A DNA stretch of 64,000 bases from Minisyncoccota bacterium (lineage in GTDB: Bacteria; Patescibacteriota; Minisyncoccia; Phycocordibacterales; Zambryskibacteraceae): positions 8,226-72,225 of the forward strand of contig DATDVZ010000006.1 in the NCBI GenBank assembly GCA_036517475.1, in the 5' to 3' direction. Position 1 is the first letter of the stretch, and each line of letters begins with the position of its first letter. Both the position numbers and the translations under genes were made by a program. The notes below the pieces were generated by a model. It had not been told where the DNA came from. It ran no database searches and worked only from the letters and a program-made list of their open reading frames with translations. Of this stretch, positions 47,296 to 56,814 are shown one piece after another.

Positions 47296-49947
47296 ATGGA
47301 AAAATTGTGGCATGCAGCATCTCTAGAAAAGGTTTTTGGCCTGCTTGAAAGCAAGAAAGAGGGTCTTTCGGAAATTGAGGCGCAAAAGAGAATTAAAAAA
47401 TATGGGCATAATACCTTACCGGAAGAAAAACCATACTCAAGATTAAGGCTATTTTTAAGCCAATTTGAAAGTCCGCTTGTTCTCATTCTCGCTGTTGCCG
47501 GCGGAGTATCTCTTTATTTAGGGCATTATTCTGACTCCATTTTCATAATTATTGTTTTGCTTATCAACACTACTGTTGGTTTTTACCAGGAAAATAAAGC
47601 CAATTCATCCCTTCTGGCGCTCAAAAAAATGGTTAAAATCAGCGCCAGAGTTTTCCGCGACGGAAACCTCAAAGAAATTGACAGCTCCGATCTCGTGCCC
47701 GGAGATATTGTAACTTTGAATGCCGGAGACAAGGTGCCTTGCGACGGAAGAATAATTGAAAGTAAAGATTTAAAAATTGATGAGTCAACTCTTACCGGAG
47801 AATGGCTCGCCGTCAAAAAATCAGCTGGAGAAACAGACGAGAAAACAGTGCTTGCGGATAGAAGCAATATGGTTTATCTCTCCACCATTGTTGAGAGTGG
47901 CGAGGCTCTGATTATCGTAACTCAAACAGGTAGACGTGCAGCAATAGGAAAAATAGTTTTGCTTTTGCGGGATACCAAAGAGAGAAAAACTCCCCTTCAG
48001 AAGCAAATCGCATTTCTGTCAAAAGTAGTCGGGCTTTTCATAATTATCATTGTCAGTTTTGTGGTTATTGTCGGCTCATTTGGCAATGAGACATTTGTTG
48101 ATATCTTCATTACCTCTCTTGCTCTAGCCGTATCAGCCACACCTGCGGGACTCTTGCCGGCGGTTACAGTAATTTTGGTTTTTGGCATGCGGCGAGTATT
48201 GGAACAAAACGGACTTGTTCGTAAACTTGCCGCCAATGAAACTCTTGGCGCCATAACAGTAATCTGCACTGATAAAACCGGCACACTTACAGAAGGTAAA
48301 ATGCAGGTAAGCCATATCATGACCGGAACACGCGAGCTTTTAAATGACAGCGGCTTATCAAAACATGTAAAAGACAGTAATGGTCTTGAGGCCCATATTA
48401 TTGCGCTTAAAATCGCCACTTTGGGGAGTGATGCGTTTGTTGAAAATCCGGAAGATGAATTCCATGAATGGATCGTCCGGGGCAAGCCGACAGACCGCGC
48501 CCTTTTGATTGCTGGAATGCATGCAGGGTTGAACAAAAAAGAGCTTGATCAAAATTATCGGTTATTGGAGAAAATTAATTTTAATTCCGATGCCAAATAT
48601 TCCGCTTCATTGCGCATGCATGATGGACAAAAACTCCTATTCGTTCTCGGGGCGCCGGAAGTTGTAATAGAGCGCTCACAAGAAATTTATCTTGACGGCA
48701 GACGAGAAAAACTTGATTCAAGAGAATTTATTGAGCTTAACGAAAAATTAATTACTTTAACATCACAGGGTCTAAGAGTTGTGGCAGCGGCAATGAAGGA
48801 AGTCAGAGAGGACGGCAATGAATTAAGTGAGATGGTAAATAAACTTACACTGGTCGGATTTATCGCGCTAAAAGATCCTCTGCGTAAAGATGCTAAGCAT
48901 TCAATTATTACCGCCAAAGAAGCCGGTATTAGAGTTGTGATTATTACCGGAGACCACGCACTAACGGCAAAATCAGTAGCAAACGAGATCGGAATCCCGG
49001 CTGATAAAGAAAATATTCTGGAAGGAAAAGAGTTGGAAGAGTTGTCGTCCGCAGAGTTAAGAGAAAAATGCAGGAATGTTTCAATTTTTGCCCGTGTTGC
49101 ACCGAATCACAAACTGCAGATCATTGATGCTTTGCAAAAAAACGGAGAGATTGTGGCAATGATAGGAGACGGCATCAATGACACTCCGGCGCTTAAAATG
49201 GCTGATGTCGGGGTCTGCCTCGGCTCGGGAAGCGATATTGCCAAGGAAGTGTCCGACGTCGTCCTTCTTGATGATAATTTCAAAACCGTTATCAAGGCAA
49301 TAGAGCAAGGCAGAGTTATTTTCCAAAATATCCGTAAAGTTTTTGTTTATCTTGTTGCTGATGATTTTTCAGAGCTTTTTTTATTTTTGATGGCAATGGT
49401 TCTGGGTTTGCCCTTGCCTTTGCTTGCAGCTCAAATTCTTTGGATAAATTTGGTAGAGGACGGTTTTCCAGCTGTAGCTCTCACCACAGAACAAGAAACG
49501 AAAGGAGTTATGGAAGAAAAACCAAGAAATCCAAAGGAAGGAATATTAAACAAACCGATGAAAAATTGGATGGCTTCTATTTTCTTCATCACTGGAATAG
49601 CCGCGTTTATGACATTTTTTATATTGTTGAAGTTAACTGGAGATTTGGAAAGAACCCGCTCTGTCGTTTTTGCTCTGATGGCTCTTGATTCGCTCGTATT
49701 CGCTTTCAGCGTCCGCTCACTCAAGCGTTCAATTTTCAGAACAGATATTTTTTCAAACACTCTGCTCGTGGGAGGCGCCTTTATTGGGTTAATTCTTCTT
49801 TTTGCCGCACTGTATTTACCAATGCTTCAGAAAATTCTTCATACGCATCCTCTAATCTGGAGCGAATGGGCGGTAATCGTCTCCGTAAGCTTAATTGAAA
49901 TTTTATTTATAGAGTGGTTTAAAAAAAGAAACTTTTCACCGCAGTAG
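47296..49947 (+). CDS. P-type cation-transporting ATPase (P2/P3-type, Ca2+/Mg2+-like)
   Basis: DKTGTLT phosphorylation site, TGES-like loop, GDGINDTPALKMADVGV hinge. 10 TM helices. 883 aa. Confidence 0.9.
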   Translation: MEKLWHAASLEKVFGLLESKKEGLSEIEAQKRIKKYGHNTLPEEKPYSRLRLFLSQFESPLVLILAVAGGVSLYLGHYSDSIFIIIVLLINTTVGFYQENKANSSLLALKKMVKISARVFRDGNLKEIDSSDLVPGDIVTLNAGDKVPCDGRIIESKDLKIDESTLTGEWLAVKKSAGETDEKTVLADRSNMVYLSTIVESGEALIIVTQTGRRAAIGKIVLLLRDTKERKTPLQKQIAFLSKVVGLFIIIIVSFVVIVGSFGNETFVDIFITSLALAVSATPAGLLPAVTVILVFGMRRVLEQNGLVRKLAANETLGAITVICTDKTGTLTEGKMQVSHIMTGTRELLNDSGLSKHVKDSNGLEAHIIALKIATLGSDAFVENPEDEFHEWIVRGKPTDRALLIAGMHAGLNKKELDQNYRLLEKINFNSDAKYSASLRMHDGQKLLFVLGAPEVVIERSQEIYLDGRREKLDSREFIELNEKLITLTSQGLRVVAAAMKEVREDGNELSEMVNKLTLVGFIALKDPLRKDAKHSIITAKEAGIRVVIITGDHALTAKSVANEIGIPADKENILEGKELEELSSAELREKCRNVSIFARVAPNHKLQIIDALQKNGEIVAMIGDGINDTPALKMADVGVCLGSGSDIAKEVSDVVLLDDNFKTVIKAIEQGRVIFQNIRKVFVYLVADDFSELFLFLMAMVLGLPLPLLAAQILWINLVEDGFPAVALTTEQETKGVMEEKPRNPKEGILNKPMKNWMASIFFITGIAAFMTFFILLKLTGDLERTRSVVFALMALDSLVFAFSVRSLKRSIFRTDIFSNTLLVGGAFIGLILLFAALYLPMLQKILHTHPLIWSEWAVIVSVSLIEILFIEWFKKRNFSPQ

Positions 49948-50028
49948 AAAATTTAAGTTGATTAAGCATATAGACTGTGATAGTACTGAAACAGAAACAT
50001 CAACAACTTTCCCCCTAAGGAGCATTAA

Positions 50029-50421
50029 GTGGACAAGACCGAGATATATACCAGCCTGGAAATCCTCTGTGTCTTCTTCTGGTTTGTTTTTGACGGCTTC
50101 TGGCTTCTGGAGTGGAAGGCCCTCACCTACATTTTCTGCGCCCTTTCTCTGTTAATGGCTGTAGCAATGTTTTTCTACATCAAGCGCGAGAAGGCGCTTG
50201 TGTTAATCGCCTTGGCCGACAGTTCGTGGCTTGCCTGCAATATCACTTGGGCTCTGGGTGATCTCTCACAAATTCAGACAGCAGTCTCGGCAGCAAAAGT
50301 ACTTTTTCTTCTCGGAATCATGTTTTTTCTCGGGGCATTCTATGTTGCCGAGGCAAGAAAAAGAATTTCCAACCTCGTCTTGAGCAGGTTGAGGATAATG
50401 AAGTTTTTTGAGAGAAAATAA
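50029..50421 (+). CDS. Hypothetical membrane protein (130 aa), compositionally GC-elevated
   Basis: Four hydrophobic helices. GC visibly higher than the neighbours. Confidence 0.4.
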   Translation: MDKTEIYTSLEILCVFFWFVFDGFWLLEWKALTYIFCALSLLMAVAMFFYIKREKALVLIALADSSWLACNITWALGDLSQIQTAVSAAKVLFLLGIMFFLGAFYVAEARKRISNLVLSRLRIMKFFERK

Positions 50422-50518
50422 ATTTCCTACAATATGAAGCTGTTCATTGACAATAATTAAGTAGTGAACAGTTTTTTTATATTAAAAAAGAGCGAGTTTT
50501 CCCGCTCTCAAAAGATAT

Positions 50519-51217
50519 TCAATCTGTTAAAACAAGTCTGGCCATATCATTAAAAGAGCACTCTCTATCTTCAGCAGATACCTGTGTTCCGTGATGGAGC
50601 GAATCACTCACTGTAAGAATACTGAGTGCTTTTACTCCATATCGTGCAGCAACTGTGTAGAGTTCCGCACTTTCCATCTCAACAGCAAGAACTCCGTACT
50701 GAGCCCAAAGTCTCCATTCTTCAGGATCAGGACCATAGAAAGTATCGGTTGCTAGGATGTTGCCAACCCGGACAGGAATGTTTAGTCTTTTAGACCTCAT
50801 TTGCGCAACTGCCAACAGTTCCCAGTCAGCAATCGGAGCAAAATCCATTCCCTTAAAACGCCTGCGGTTGATATTTGAATCAGAACAGGATCCTTGGGCT
50901 AAGATTATTTCGCGAAGCCCAATTTCTGGCTGAAGAGCGCCGCAACTTCCAAGACGAATGATATCCTTTACACCATAATCACGAATAAGCTCGTGAACGT
51001 AGATGCTTAAGGACGGCATACCCATTCCACTTCCCTGAATCGAAACTCTCACCCCTCTTCGGGTTGTTCCAGTAAATCCCAGCATATTGCGAGTGCGATT
51101 ATACTGAACAATATCAGTTAGCCAATTCTCGGCAATAAACTTCGCCCTCAATGGGTCGCCTGGTAAAAGCACTCTTGAGGCAATTTGACCGGGGTTAGCG
51201 CTAATATGAATACTCAC
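50519..51217 (-). CDS. deoD: Purine nucleoside phosphorylase, DeoD-type (PNP/UDP family 1)
   Basis: LLPGDPLRA and GMGMPSLSIYVHEL motifs. 232 aa. Confidence 0.8.
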   Translation of the reverse strand: MSIHISANPGQIASRVLLPGDPLRAKFIAENWLTDIVQYNRTRNMLGFTGTTRRGVRVSIQGSGMGMPSLSIYVHELIRDYGVKDIIRLGSCGALQPEIGLREIILAQGSCSDSNINRRRFKGMDFAPIADWELLAVAQMRSKRLNIPVRVGNILATDTFYGPDPEEWRLWAQYGVLAVEMESAELYTVAARYGVKALSILTVSDSLHHGTQVSAEDRECSFNDMARLVLTD

Positions 51218-51320
51218 AATCTCCTCCTGAGGAATTCCATAAGCTAAACTAGCAGATCAAAATATTAAGTCAATAATTATAATTTTGAATTAAAATTTGG
51301 TGCTATGCTTTAGTTACTTG

Positions 51321-51444
51321 TCCCGTTAGAAGCCGCGATGTAATTTAAAAAAAGTAAGTATACTTATTTAATATGATAAGGTTGAGTAATTATCAATATA
51401 ACTATTTTCAGAGAACGTCAATCGCGATCTGCTTCTAATGGGAT
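51321..51444 (+). repeat. Long-hairpin repeat element, copy 3 (plus orientation, diverged). The 3' arm ends on the ATG of pcm
   Basis: 5' arm TCCCGTTAGAAGCCGCGAT at 51321-51339. 3' arm ATCGCGATCTGCTTCTAATGGGAT at 51421-51444. Relative to copies 1 and 2, both arms carry the compensatory change GGTC/GACC to GATC/GATC, and a G-T (G-U) wobble sits opposite CTAATGGG. Confidence 0.7.
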
Positions 51445-52063
51445 GAGTAGCAACCAAGAACTAATTAAACATCTCAAGCAAACGGGGGTGCTTAAATCTG
51501 CAAATATTGAGGCGGCAGTTATGAAAGTTTTAAGAGAAGATTTTGTTCCTATGCAGTATAGTGCTGACGCATATGAAGATACAGCTTTACCAATTGGCGC
51601 AGGTCAGACAATCTCACAACCATATACAGTGGTATTTATGCTAGAACTTCTGCGAGTTGAGGAAGGAAATAATATTTTAGAAGTTGGTTTTGGCTCCGGC
51701 TGGCAAACAGCTCTCCTTTCACACATGGTCGGCAGAACTGGAAGAGTGAGAGCTTTTGAAGTTGTTAGGGAATTGTGTGAGTTTGGAAAACTAAATCTAC
51801 AAAAATACTCTGACCTTTACAACAGAGTTGAACTCCATTGCCAGAGCGCGCAGGATGGTTTGAAGGAAGCCTCTCCATTTGACTGCATAATTTGCGCGGC
51901 GGAAGTCAAAGATGTTCCAGATGCTTGGAAGCAGCAGCTTAAAGTTGGTGGAAAGATGGTTTACCCCCAGGAGAATTCTTTGGTATTGGAAATTAAAAAA
52001 AATGAGAATGAATTTGATAAGAAGAAATTTCACGGATTTGTTTTTGTACCGTATGTAAAATAA
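51443..52063 (+). CDS. pcm: Protein-L-isoaspartate O-methyltransferase
   Basis: GAGQTISQPYTVVFMLELL and ILEVGFGSGW (SAM motif I). 206 aa. Confidence 0.85.
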   Translation: MSSNQELIKHLKQTGVLKSANIEAAVMKVLREDFVPMQYSADAYEDTALPIGAGQTISQPYTVVFMLELLRVEEGNNILEVGFGSGWQTALLSHMVGRTGRVRAFEVVRELCEFGKLNLQKYSDLYNRVELHCQSAQDGLKEASPFDCIICAAEVKDVPDAWKQQLKVGGKMVYPQENSLVLEIKKNENEFDKKKFHGFVFVPYVK

Positions 52064-52255
52064 CAAATAATTAATAACATATAACTTATAACATTGATTT
52101 TGTTGAATTTACCAAGAAATTCAAGGAAGTTGAGAGAGCGATCATTTGAAAAAGGATGAGCGCATGGAAAATGACGCCGAGCACACTTATCAGCTGGCGC
52201 TTGTCGCTTGGTAGTAAATATGATTTCAGTGAAAATTCATCATTAAACTTCTATC

Positions 52256-52447
52256 TTGATTATTATGCCTAAGTACGGTAAAAAAGCTCAACAGAAGGTT
52301 AAAAAAGCAGTAAGCGAGTATAAAAGAGGCAAACTTCACAGCGGTAGGAGTGGAGCAAAAGTTAAGAATCGCAAGCAGGCAATTGCCATCGGTTTATCTC
52401 AAGCAAGAAAGGCCGGCGGCAAAGTGCCTCGCCAACGTAGGCGTTAA
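52256..52447 (+). CDS. Small basic protein (63 aa), Lys/Arg/Ala-rich
   Basis: MPKYGKKAQQKVKKAVSEYKRGKLHSG..., a conserved-looking small basic family. No TM. Confidence 0.4.
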   Translation: MIIMPKYGKKAQQKVKKAVSEYKRGKLHSGRSGAKVKNRKQAIAIGLSQARKAGGKVPRQRRR

Positions 52448-52484
52448 TTAAAAATTAGAAATTTTAAATTAAAAATTAAATAAA

Positions 52485-52637
52485 ATGCTTACAACAATTG
52501 CAATTATACTTTTGGTTTTATGGATTCTTGGAGTAATCGGAGTTTATACTATCGGTTCGTTTATTCATATCCTTCTTGTCATAGCCATAATAATGTTTCT
52601 TATCAGGATTATTAGAGGAGAAAATCCTATTAAATAA
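52485..52637 (+). CDS. Unannotated small membrane protein (50 aa), lmo0937-like family
   Basis: MLTTIAIILLVLWILGVIGVYTIGSFIHILLVIAIIMFLIRIIRGENPIK matches the lmo0937-type two-helix pattern. Below the ORF-track cut-off. Confidence 0.5.
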   Translation: MLTTIAIILLVLWILGVIGVYTIGSFIHILLVIAIIMFLIRIIRGENPIK

Positions 52638-52639
52638 AG

Positions 52640-53179
52640 TTGCTTGAAGCAAATTTAAAGAGAAGTTATCTAATAGTTTTGATTGTAATCGCGGCACTTC
52701 TTGTCCTATTCATTTCTCTTGTAAGCAAAAAATCTTACAGAAAAACTACCGATAACGGCGTGATCTACTGTGCCACAGATGTGCAAGCTTGCCCCGATGG
52801 CTCGTATGTATCGCGAATTCCGCCTGAATGCAACTTTGGGGATTGTGAAGTCAGCATTGTGAACGGAAAACTTGAAACAGAACTTCTAACAAAAATTGAT
52901 CAGGGAGCATCTGGCCTTGATGTCAAAGTAACACCCAATGAAGTTCTTGAGGATAGTCGTTGCCCAGTTGATGTTACTTGCATTCAGGCAGGAACCGTTA
53001 GATTAAGTGCGACTCTAGAAAGTGGTCTGGGCAGAACTCAACAAATTTTTAAACTGAACACTCCGATTACAACCGAGGCGGAAGAAGTTACATTGATCAA
53101 AGTTTTGCCAGAGAAATATTCAAACAAAGTTATTGAACTTAAAGATTATCAATTTATTTTTAAAGTGAGAAAAAGATAA
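52640..53179 (+). CDS. Hypothetical membrane-anchored/secreted protein with several Cys
   Basis: N-terminal TM, then a Cys-containing extracellular region. 179 aa, alternative start codon. Confidence 0.4.
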   Translation: MLEANLKRSYLIVLIVIAALLVLFISLVSKKSYRKTTDNGVIYCATDVQACPDGSYVSRIPPECNFGDCEVSIVNGKLETELLTKIDQGASGLDVKVTPNEVLEDSRCPVDVTCIQAGTVRLSATLESGLGRTQQIFKLNTPITTEAEEVTLIKVLPEKYSNKVIELKDYQFIFKVRKR

Positions 53180-54820
53180 TTACTTTTTTCCTTGTAAAGC
53201 TGCCTTTAAAAATGCTGTGAATAAAGGATGGGGCGAAAGGGGTCTTGCCTTAAATTCAGGATGAAACTGAGTTCCAAGAAAAAACGGATGTAAGTTTTTT
53301 GGCAGTTCAGCAATTTCCATGAGCTTCTTATCAGAAGAATACCCAGAGAAAACAAGTCCTGCCTTCTCAAGTTTTTCAACAAGTTTTGGATTAACTTCAT
53401 ATCTATGTCTATGCCTTTCGCTAATTTTATTTGTACCATAAGAATCGGCTGCAACAGAGCCATTTTTGAGGTTTGCCTTCCAAGAGCCCAATCTCATTGT
53501 CGCGCCATATTTACCTCTATTTAAATGAGATTTTTGGTTCTCCATTATGTCAATTACCGGATACTTAGTTTTTTTATTTATTTCTGATGTATGAGCATCC
53601 TTCCAACCCACTACATTTCTTGCAAATTCCACTACTGCAAGCTGCATACCATAACAAAGACCAAAAAAAGGAATTTTTTTCTCCCGGACATAATGAATTG
53701 CTGAAATTATCCCCTCCACCCCATTTGCACCAAAGCCCCCCGGAACAAGCACCCCATCAAAGGCAGAGAGAACATCCAGTTTAAGTTTCTTACTCTCAAA
53801 ATCTTTTGAGTTAATGTAAGTTAGTTTTGGTTTTACCTTGAGATAATACGAGGAAAATTTAATTGCTTCAAGCACGGAAATATAAACATCTGAAAGAATA
53901 AAATTTCCCGAATCAAAATATTTGCCGACTACCGCAATATTTACGTTTTTTTTACCGTTTTTTGTCTTTGAAACAAAACTCTTCCAGTCATTTAGATTTG
54001 CTTTGCGCTTTGGTAGGTCCAAAACTTCGCTCAAGATGTTTCCGAGGTTATCTTTTTCAAAATTTAAGGGAACATCATAAATACTTTCAACATCTGGTGC
54101 AGAAATAACATTCCTTGCAGGAAGATTACAGAAAATTGAAATCTTTTCTTTTCTTTTTTTATCCAGCGAATGCGTGCTTCTTGCAATAATTATATCTGCT
54201 TGTACTCCGGCGCTATTTAATGTTCGGGTAGCATACTGAGTTGGTTTTGTCTTCATCTCGCCCAATTTATCTGGGATGGGAAGATAAGAAACCATGACGA
54301 AAGTAACATCTTTAGGTAACTTTGTTTTGAGCATTCTTGCCGCCTCTAAAAAAAGAATGTTTTGATACTCCCCTACGGTTCCGCCGATTTCAATAACAGT
54401 AATATCTGCTTTGGCTAGCTTGGCTGCATTTTCAATCCTTTTTATTACCTCAAGAGGAATGTCGGGTACAACTTCAACACATTTGCCTTTATAATCTAAA
54501 TTTCTTTCTTTGCGAATAACTTCCAAATAGACTCTGCCAGTAGTCATGTAATTAACCCTTGAGAAATTTGAATTTAGGAATCTTTCATAATTTCCCATGT
54601 CCTGATCTGTCTCATCACCGTCATCTAAAACAAAAACCTCACCGTGTTCTGTTGGATTCATGGTGCCGGCATCAACATTAATATAAGGATCAATCTTAAG
54701 AGCAGTTACGCTAAATCCGCGAGCCTGCATAATCTTTGCAATTGAAGAGGAGGTTATACCCTTGCCGACTCCTGACATTACCCCGCCCACGACAAAGATG
54801 TATTTTTTCTTATGCATCAC
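53180..54820 (-). CDS. pyrG: CTP synthase
   Basis: N-terminal synthetase domain (GGVMSGVGKGI) plus a class I glutamine amidotransferase domain (GLCYGMQLAVVE, HPEF). 546 aa. Confidence 0.9.
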   Translation of the reverse strand: MMHKKKYIFVVGGVMSGVGKGITSSSIAKIMQARGFSVTALKIDPYINVDAGTMNPTEHGEVFVLDDGDETDQDMGNYERFLNSNFSRVNYMTTGRVYLEVIRKERNLDYKGKCVEVVPDIPLEVIKRIENAAKLAKADITVIEIGGTVGEYQNILFLEAARMLKTKLPKDVTFVMVSYLPIPDKLGEMKTKPTQYATRTLNSAGVQADIIIARSTHSLDKKRKEKISIFCNLPARNVISAPDVESIYDVPLNFEKDNLGNILSEVLDLPKRKANLNDWKSFVSKTKNGKKNVNIAVVGKYFDSGNFILSDVYISVLEAIKFSSYYLKVKPKLTYINSKDFESKKLKLDVLSAFDGVLVPGGFGANGVEGIISAIHYVREKKIPFFGLCYGMQLAVVEFARNVVGWKDAHTSEINKKTKYPVIDIMENQKSHLNRGKYGATMRLGSWKANLKNGSVAADSYGTNKISERHRHRYEVNPKLVEKLEKAGLVFSGYSSDKKLMEIAELPKNLHPFFLGTQFHPEFKARPLSPHPLFTAFLKAALQGKK

Positions 54821-54888
54821 TTTAAATAATTTCCAATTTTCATTGAATTTTTCAATGATTCATTGTTAAGTTTTTATAAAATTAAAAA

Positions 54889-55818
54889 TTATATCTTAAG
54901 GTATCTGCGCACAGCCAAGTAACTCGAGAATGCACCGATTAATAGTCCTGATAAAATAATTATAAGAAAAATCTGACCGAAATTGCGTGTATAGTATTCA
55001 AATACGTTAAAAGACAGGAATAGATTTGAGGTTTGTTCACCCAGCCAGTATGTCACCGGATAGAAGAGAATGAGTGTCAGTACGCCTGCCAAAGCTCCGT
55101 AAATTGCACCGACAACAACAAAAGGCCCGCGCACATAGAAACTTGTTGCCCCAACAAGACGCATTACTGAAATTTCCTCGCGAGAAATATAAATTGCAAG
55201 CCTGATTGTGTTGAAAGTAATAAGAACCGAAACTGCGATTAGGATGACAGCAATAATGCTTCCGAGCCGCTCTGTTGTGTTAATAATTTTACTTAGTTTT
55301 TCTATTGCAACTTTGTTCTGGTAGTAATTTACCTTATCTACAATTGAGGCTCCGTCTTGTGAAAGTGCCGGCTCGTTCTGCAGAAAATTTGCTATTCCTT
55401 CGTACTGCGAGGGGTTTTTTGCTTTTATATTGAGTGATGCCTGCAGGGGGTTCTCGCCCAATTCTTCAAGTGCTTGCAAGGTCAGTTCGTCATTTTCGTG
55501 TCTTTGTCTGAATTTAGAAAGTGCTTCGTCTCTAGAAGTGTATGTAATCGAGGCAACTTCAGGAAGGTTTTCCAGTTGTGATTTGAGGGAAAGTATTTCA
55601 GATTCGTCAGCTCTTGTAACGAAATAGACATTTATGTCAACTTTATCTTTTATCTCTTGCAAGGATGCATTCAAGGTTGCAGAAAGAAAAATTAGGCTCG
55701 CTATCACAGAAAGAGTGATTATCATTATTAATACTGAAGAGAGAGAAACAAAAGTGCTTCTGGAAAAGTTAAAAAACCCGCTTTTTACTATTCTTTTAAT
55801 GTTTACCCACATTGTCAT
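54889..55818 (-). CDS. ftsX: Cell-division ABC transporter permease FtsX
   Basis: FtsX topology (TM, large periplasmic loop, three C-terminal TM helices). Immediately downstream of ftsE. Confidence 0.7.
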   Translation of the reverse strand: MTMWVNIKRIVKSGFFNFSRSTFVSLSSVLIMIITLSVIASLIFLSATLNASLQEIKDKVDINVYFVTRADESEILSLKSQLENLPEVASITYTSRDEALSKFRQRHENDELTLQALEELGENPLQASLNIKAKNPSQYEGIANFLQNEPALSQDGASIVDKVNYYQNKVAIEKLSKIINTTERLGSIIAVILIAVSVLITFNTIRLAIYISREEISVMRLVGATSFYVRGPFVVVGAIYGALAGVLTLILFYPVTYWLGEQTSNLFLSFNVFEYYTRNFGQIFLIIILSGLLIGAFSSYLAVRRYLKI

Positions 55819-55898
55819 TGTTCATTATTCATTAAACATAGAACATTTTAATTCATTTTATCGCATTTTTATTTATATTCCATGTTTCATGCTCCATG

Positions 55899-56609
55899 TT
55901 AAATGATGTAGCGGCCCTTCTCGTCATCTCTTATAATTTTGCCTTGTTCCATGGTAATAACTCTTTTCCCAAGTGAATCAATAACTCCCTTATTGTGTGT
56001 GGCGAGAATAATTGTTGTGCCTAAATCATTGATTTTTTTGAGAATCTGTACAATATCGTATGTATTTACAGGATCAAGATTACCTGTCGGTTCATCTGCA
56101 AGGATAATGTCGGGTTGATTTATAATTGCTCTAGCAATAGCAACTCTCTGTATTTCCCCACCAGATAGTTCATGGGGAAAACTCCATATTTTTTTTGTTA
56201 AGTCCACCAACTCAAGTACGTGAGGTACATCTGCCTCAATCTCTTCATCGCTACGACCTGCGGCTTCCATACTGAAGGCAATATTTTCATATACATTTTT
56301 ATTTGGTATAAGTCGAAAATCTTGAAATATAACTCCTATCTTTCGCCTGTATTCAGGAATTTCCCTGCTTGGTATGGAGTCAATATCTCTTGAACCAAAG
56401 AAGATCTTACCAGAAGTTGGCTTTTCTTCAGTCAAGATTAGCTTCACCAGCGTAGTCTTGCCGGCACCAGAATGCCCTACGATTGAGACGAACTCTTTCG
56501 GCTCAATGGTAAATGTGACATTATCCAAAGCCACAGAATCACTGCTATATATTTTTGAGACTTTATCGAAATAGAGCATGCCAATTTTGTTTGTGAACGA
56601 AGTGAGCAA
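55899..56609 (-). CDS. ftsE: Cell-division ABC transporter ATP-binding protein FtsE
   Basis: Walker A GHSGAGKTTL, signature LSGGEIQRVAIARAI, Walker B ILADEPTGNLD. Confidence 0.85.
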   Translation of the reverse strand: MLTSFTNKIGMLYFDKVSKIYSSDSVALDNVTFTIEPKEFVSIVGHSGAGKTTLVKLILTEEKPTSGKIFFGSRDIDSIPSREIPEYRRKIGVIFQDFRLIPNKNVYENIAFSMEAAGRSDEEIEADVPHVLELVDLTKKIWSFPHELSGGEIQRVAIARAIINQPDIILADEPTGNLDPVNTYDIVQILKKINDLGTTIILATHNKGVIDSLGKRVITMEQGKIIRDDEKGRYII

Positions 56610-56619
56610 TTACAAAATT

Positions 56620-56790
56620 GAGCACCCCGCACTATTTTTGCCTCAGTTTAATAATAAAACACTAGATTTTTAGGCTAATTTTAGTTATTTTTTTGCGCGG
56701 CGCGTGTCCGAGTAGGACACCCTTTGCCGGGCAGTGCGCCGCGCAGCTATTTCAAATGTAAAAATACTGCGGGGTCGTGCCTATTATACC
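56620..56790 (-). promoter_or_regulatory. GC-rich structured leader upstream of ftsEX (nested hairpins); candidate cis-regulatory RNA
   Basis: Outer complementarity gcaccccgca (56623) with tgcggggt-c-gtgc (56771). Inner 10-bp stem tgcgcggcgc/gcgccgcgca capped by gtgtcc-gagta-ggacac. A TTGAAT-15-TATAAT promoter-like pair lies at 56815-56820 and 56794-56799 on the minus strand. Confidence 0.35.
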
Positions 56791-56814
56791 CGACTTCAGG
56801 CAGATTCAAAATTA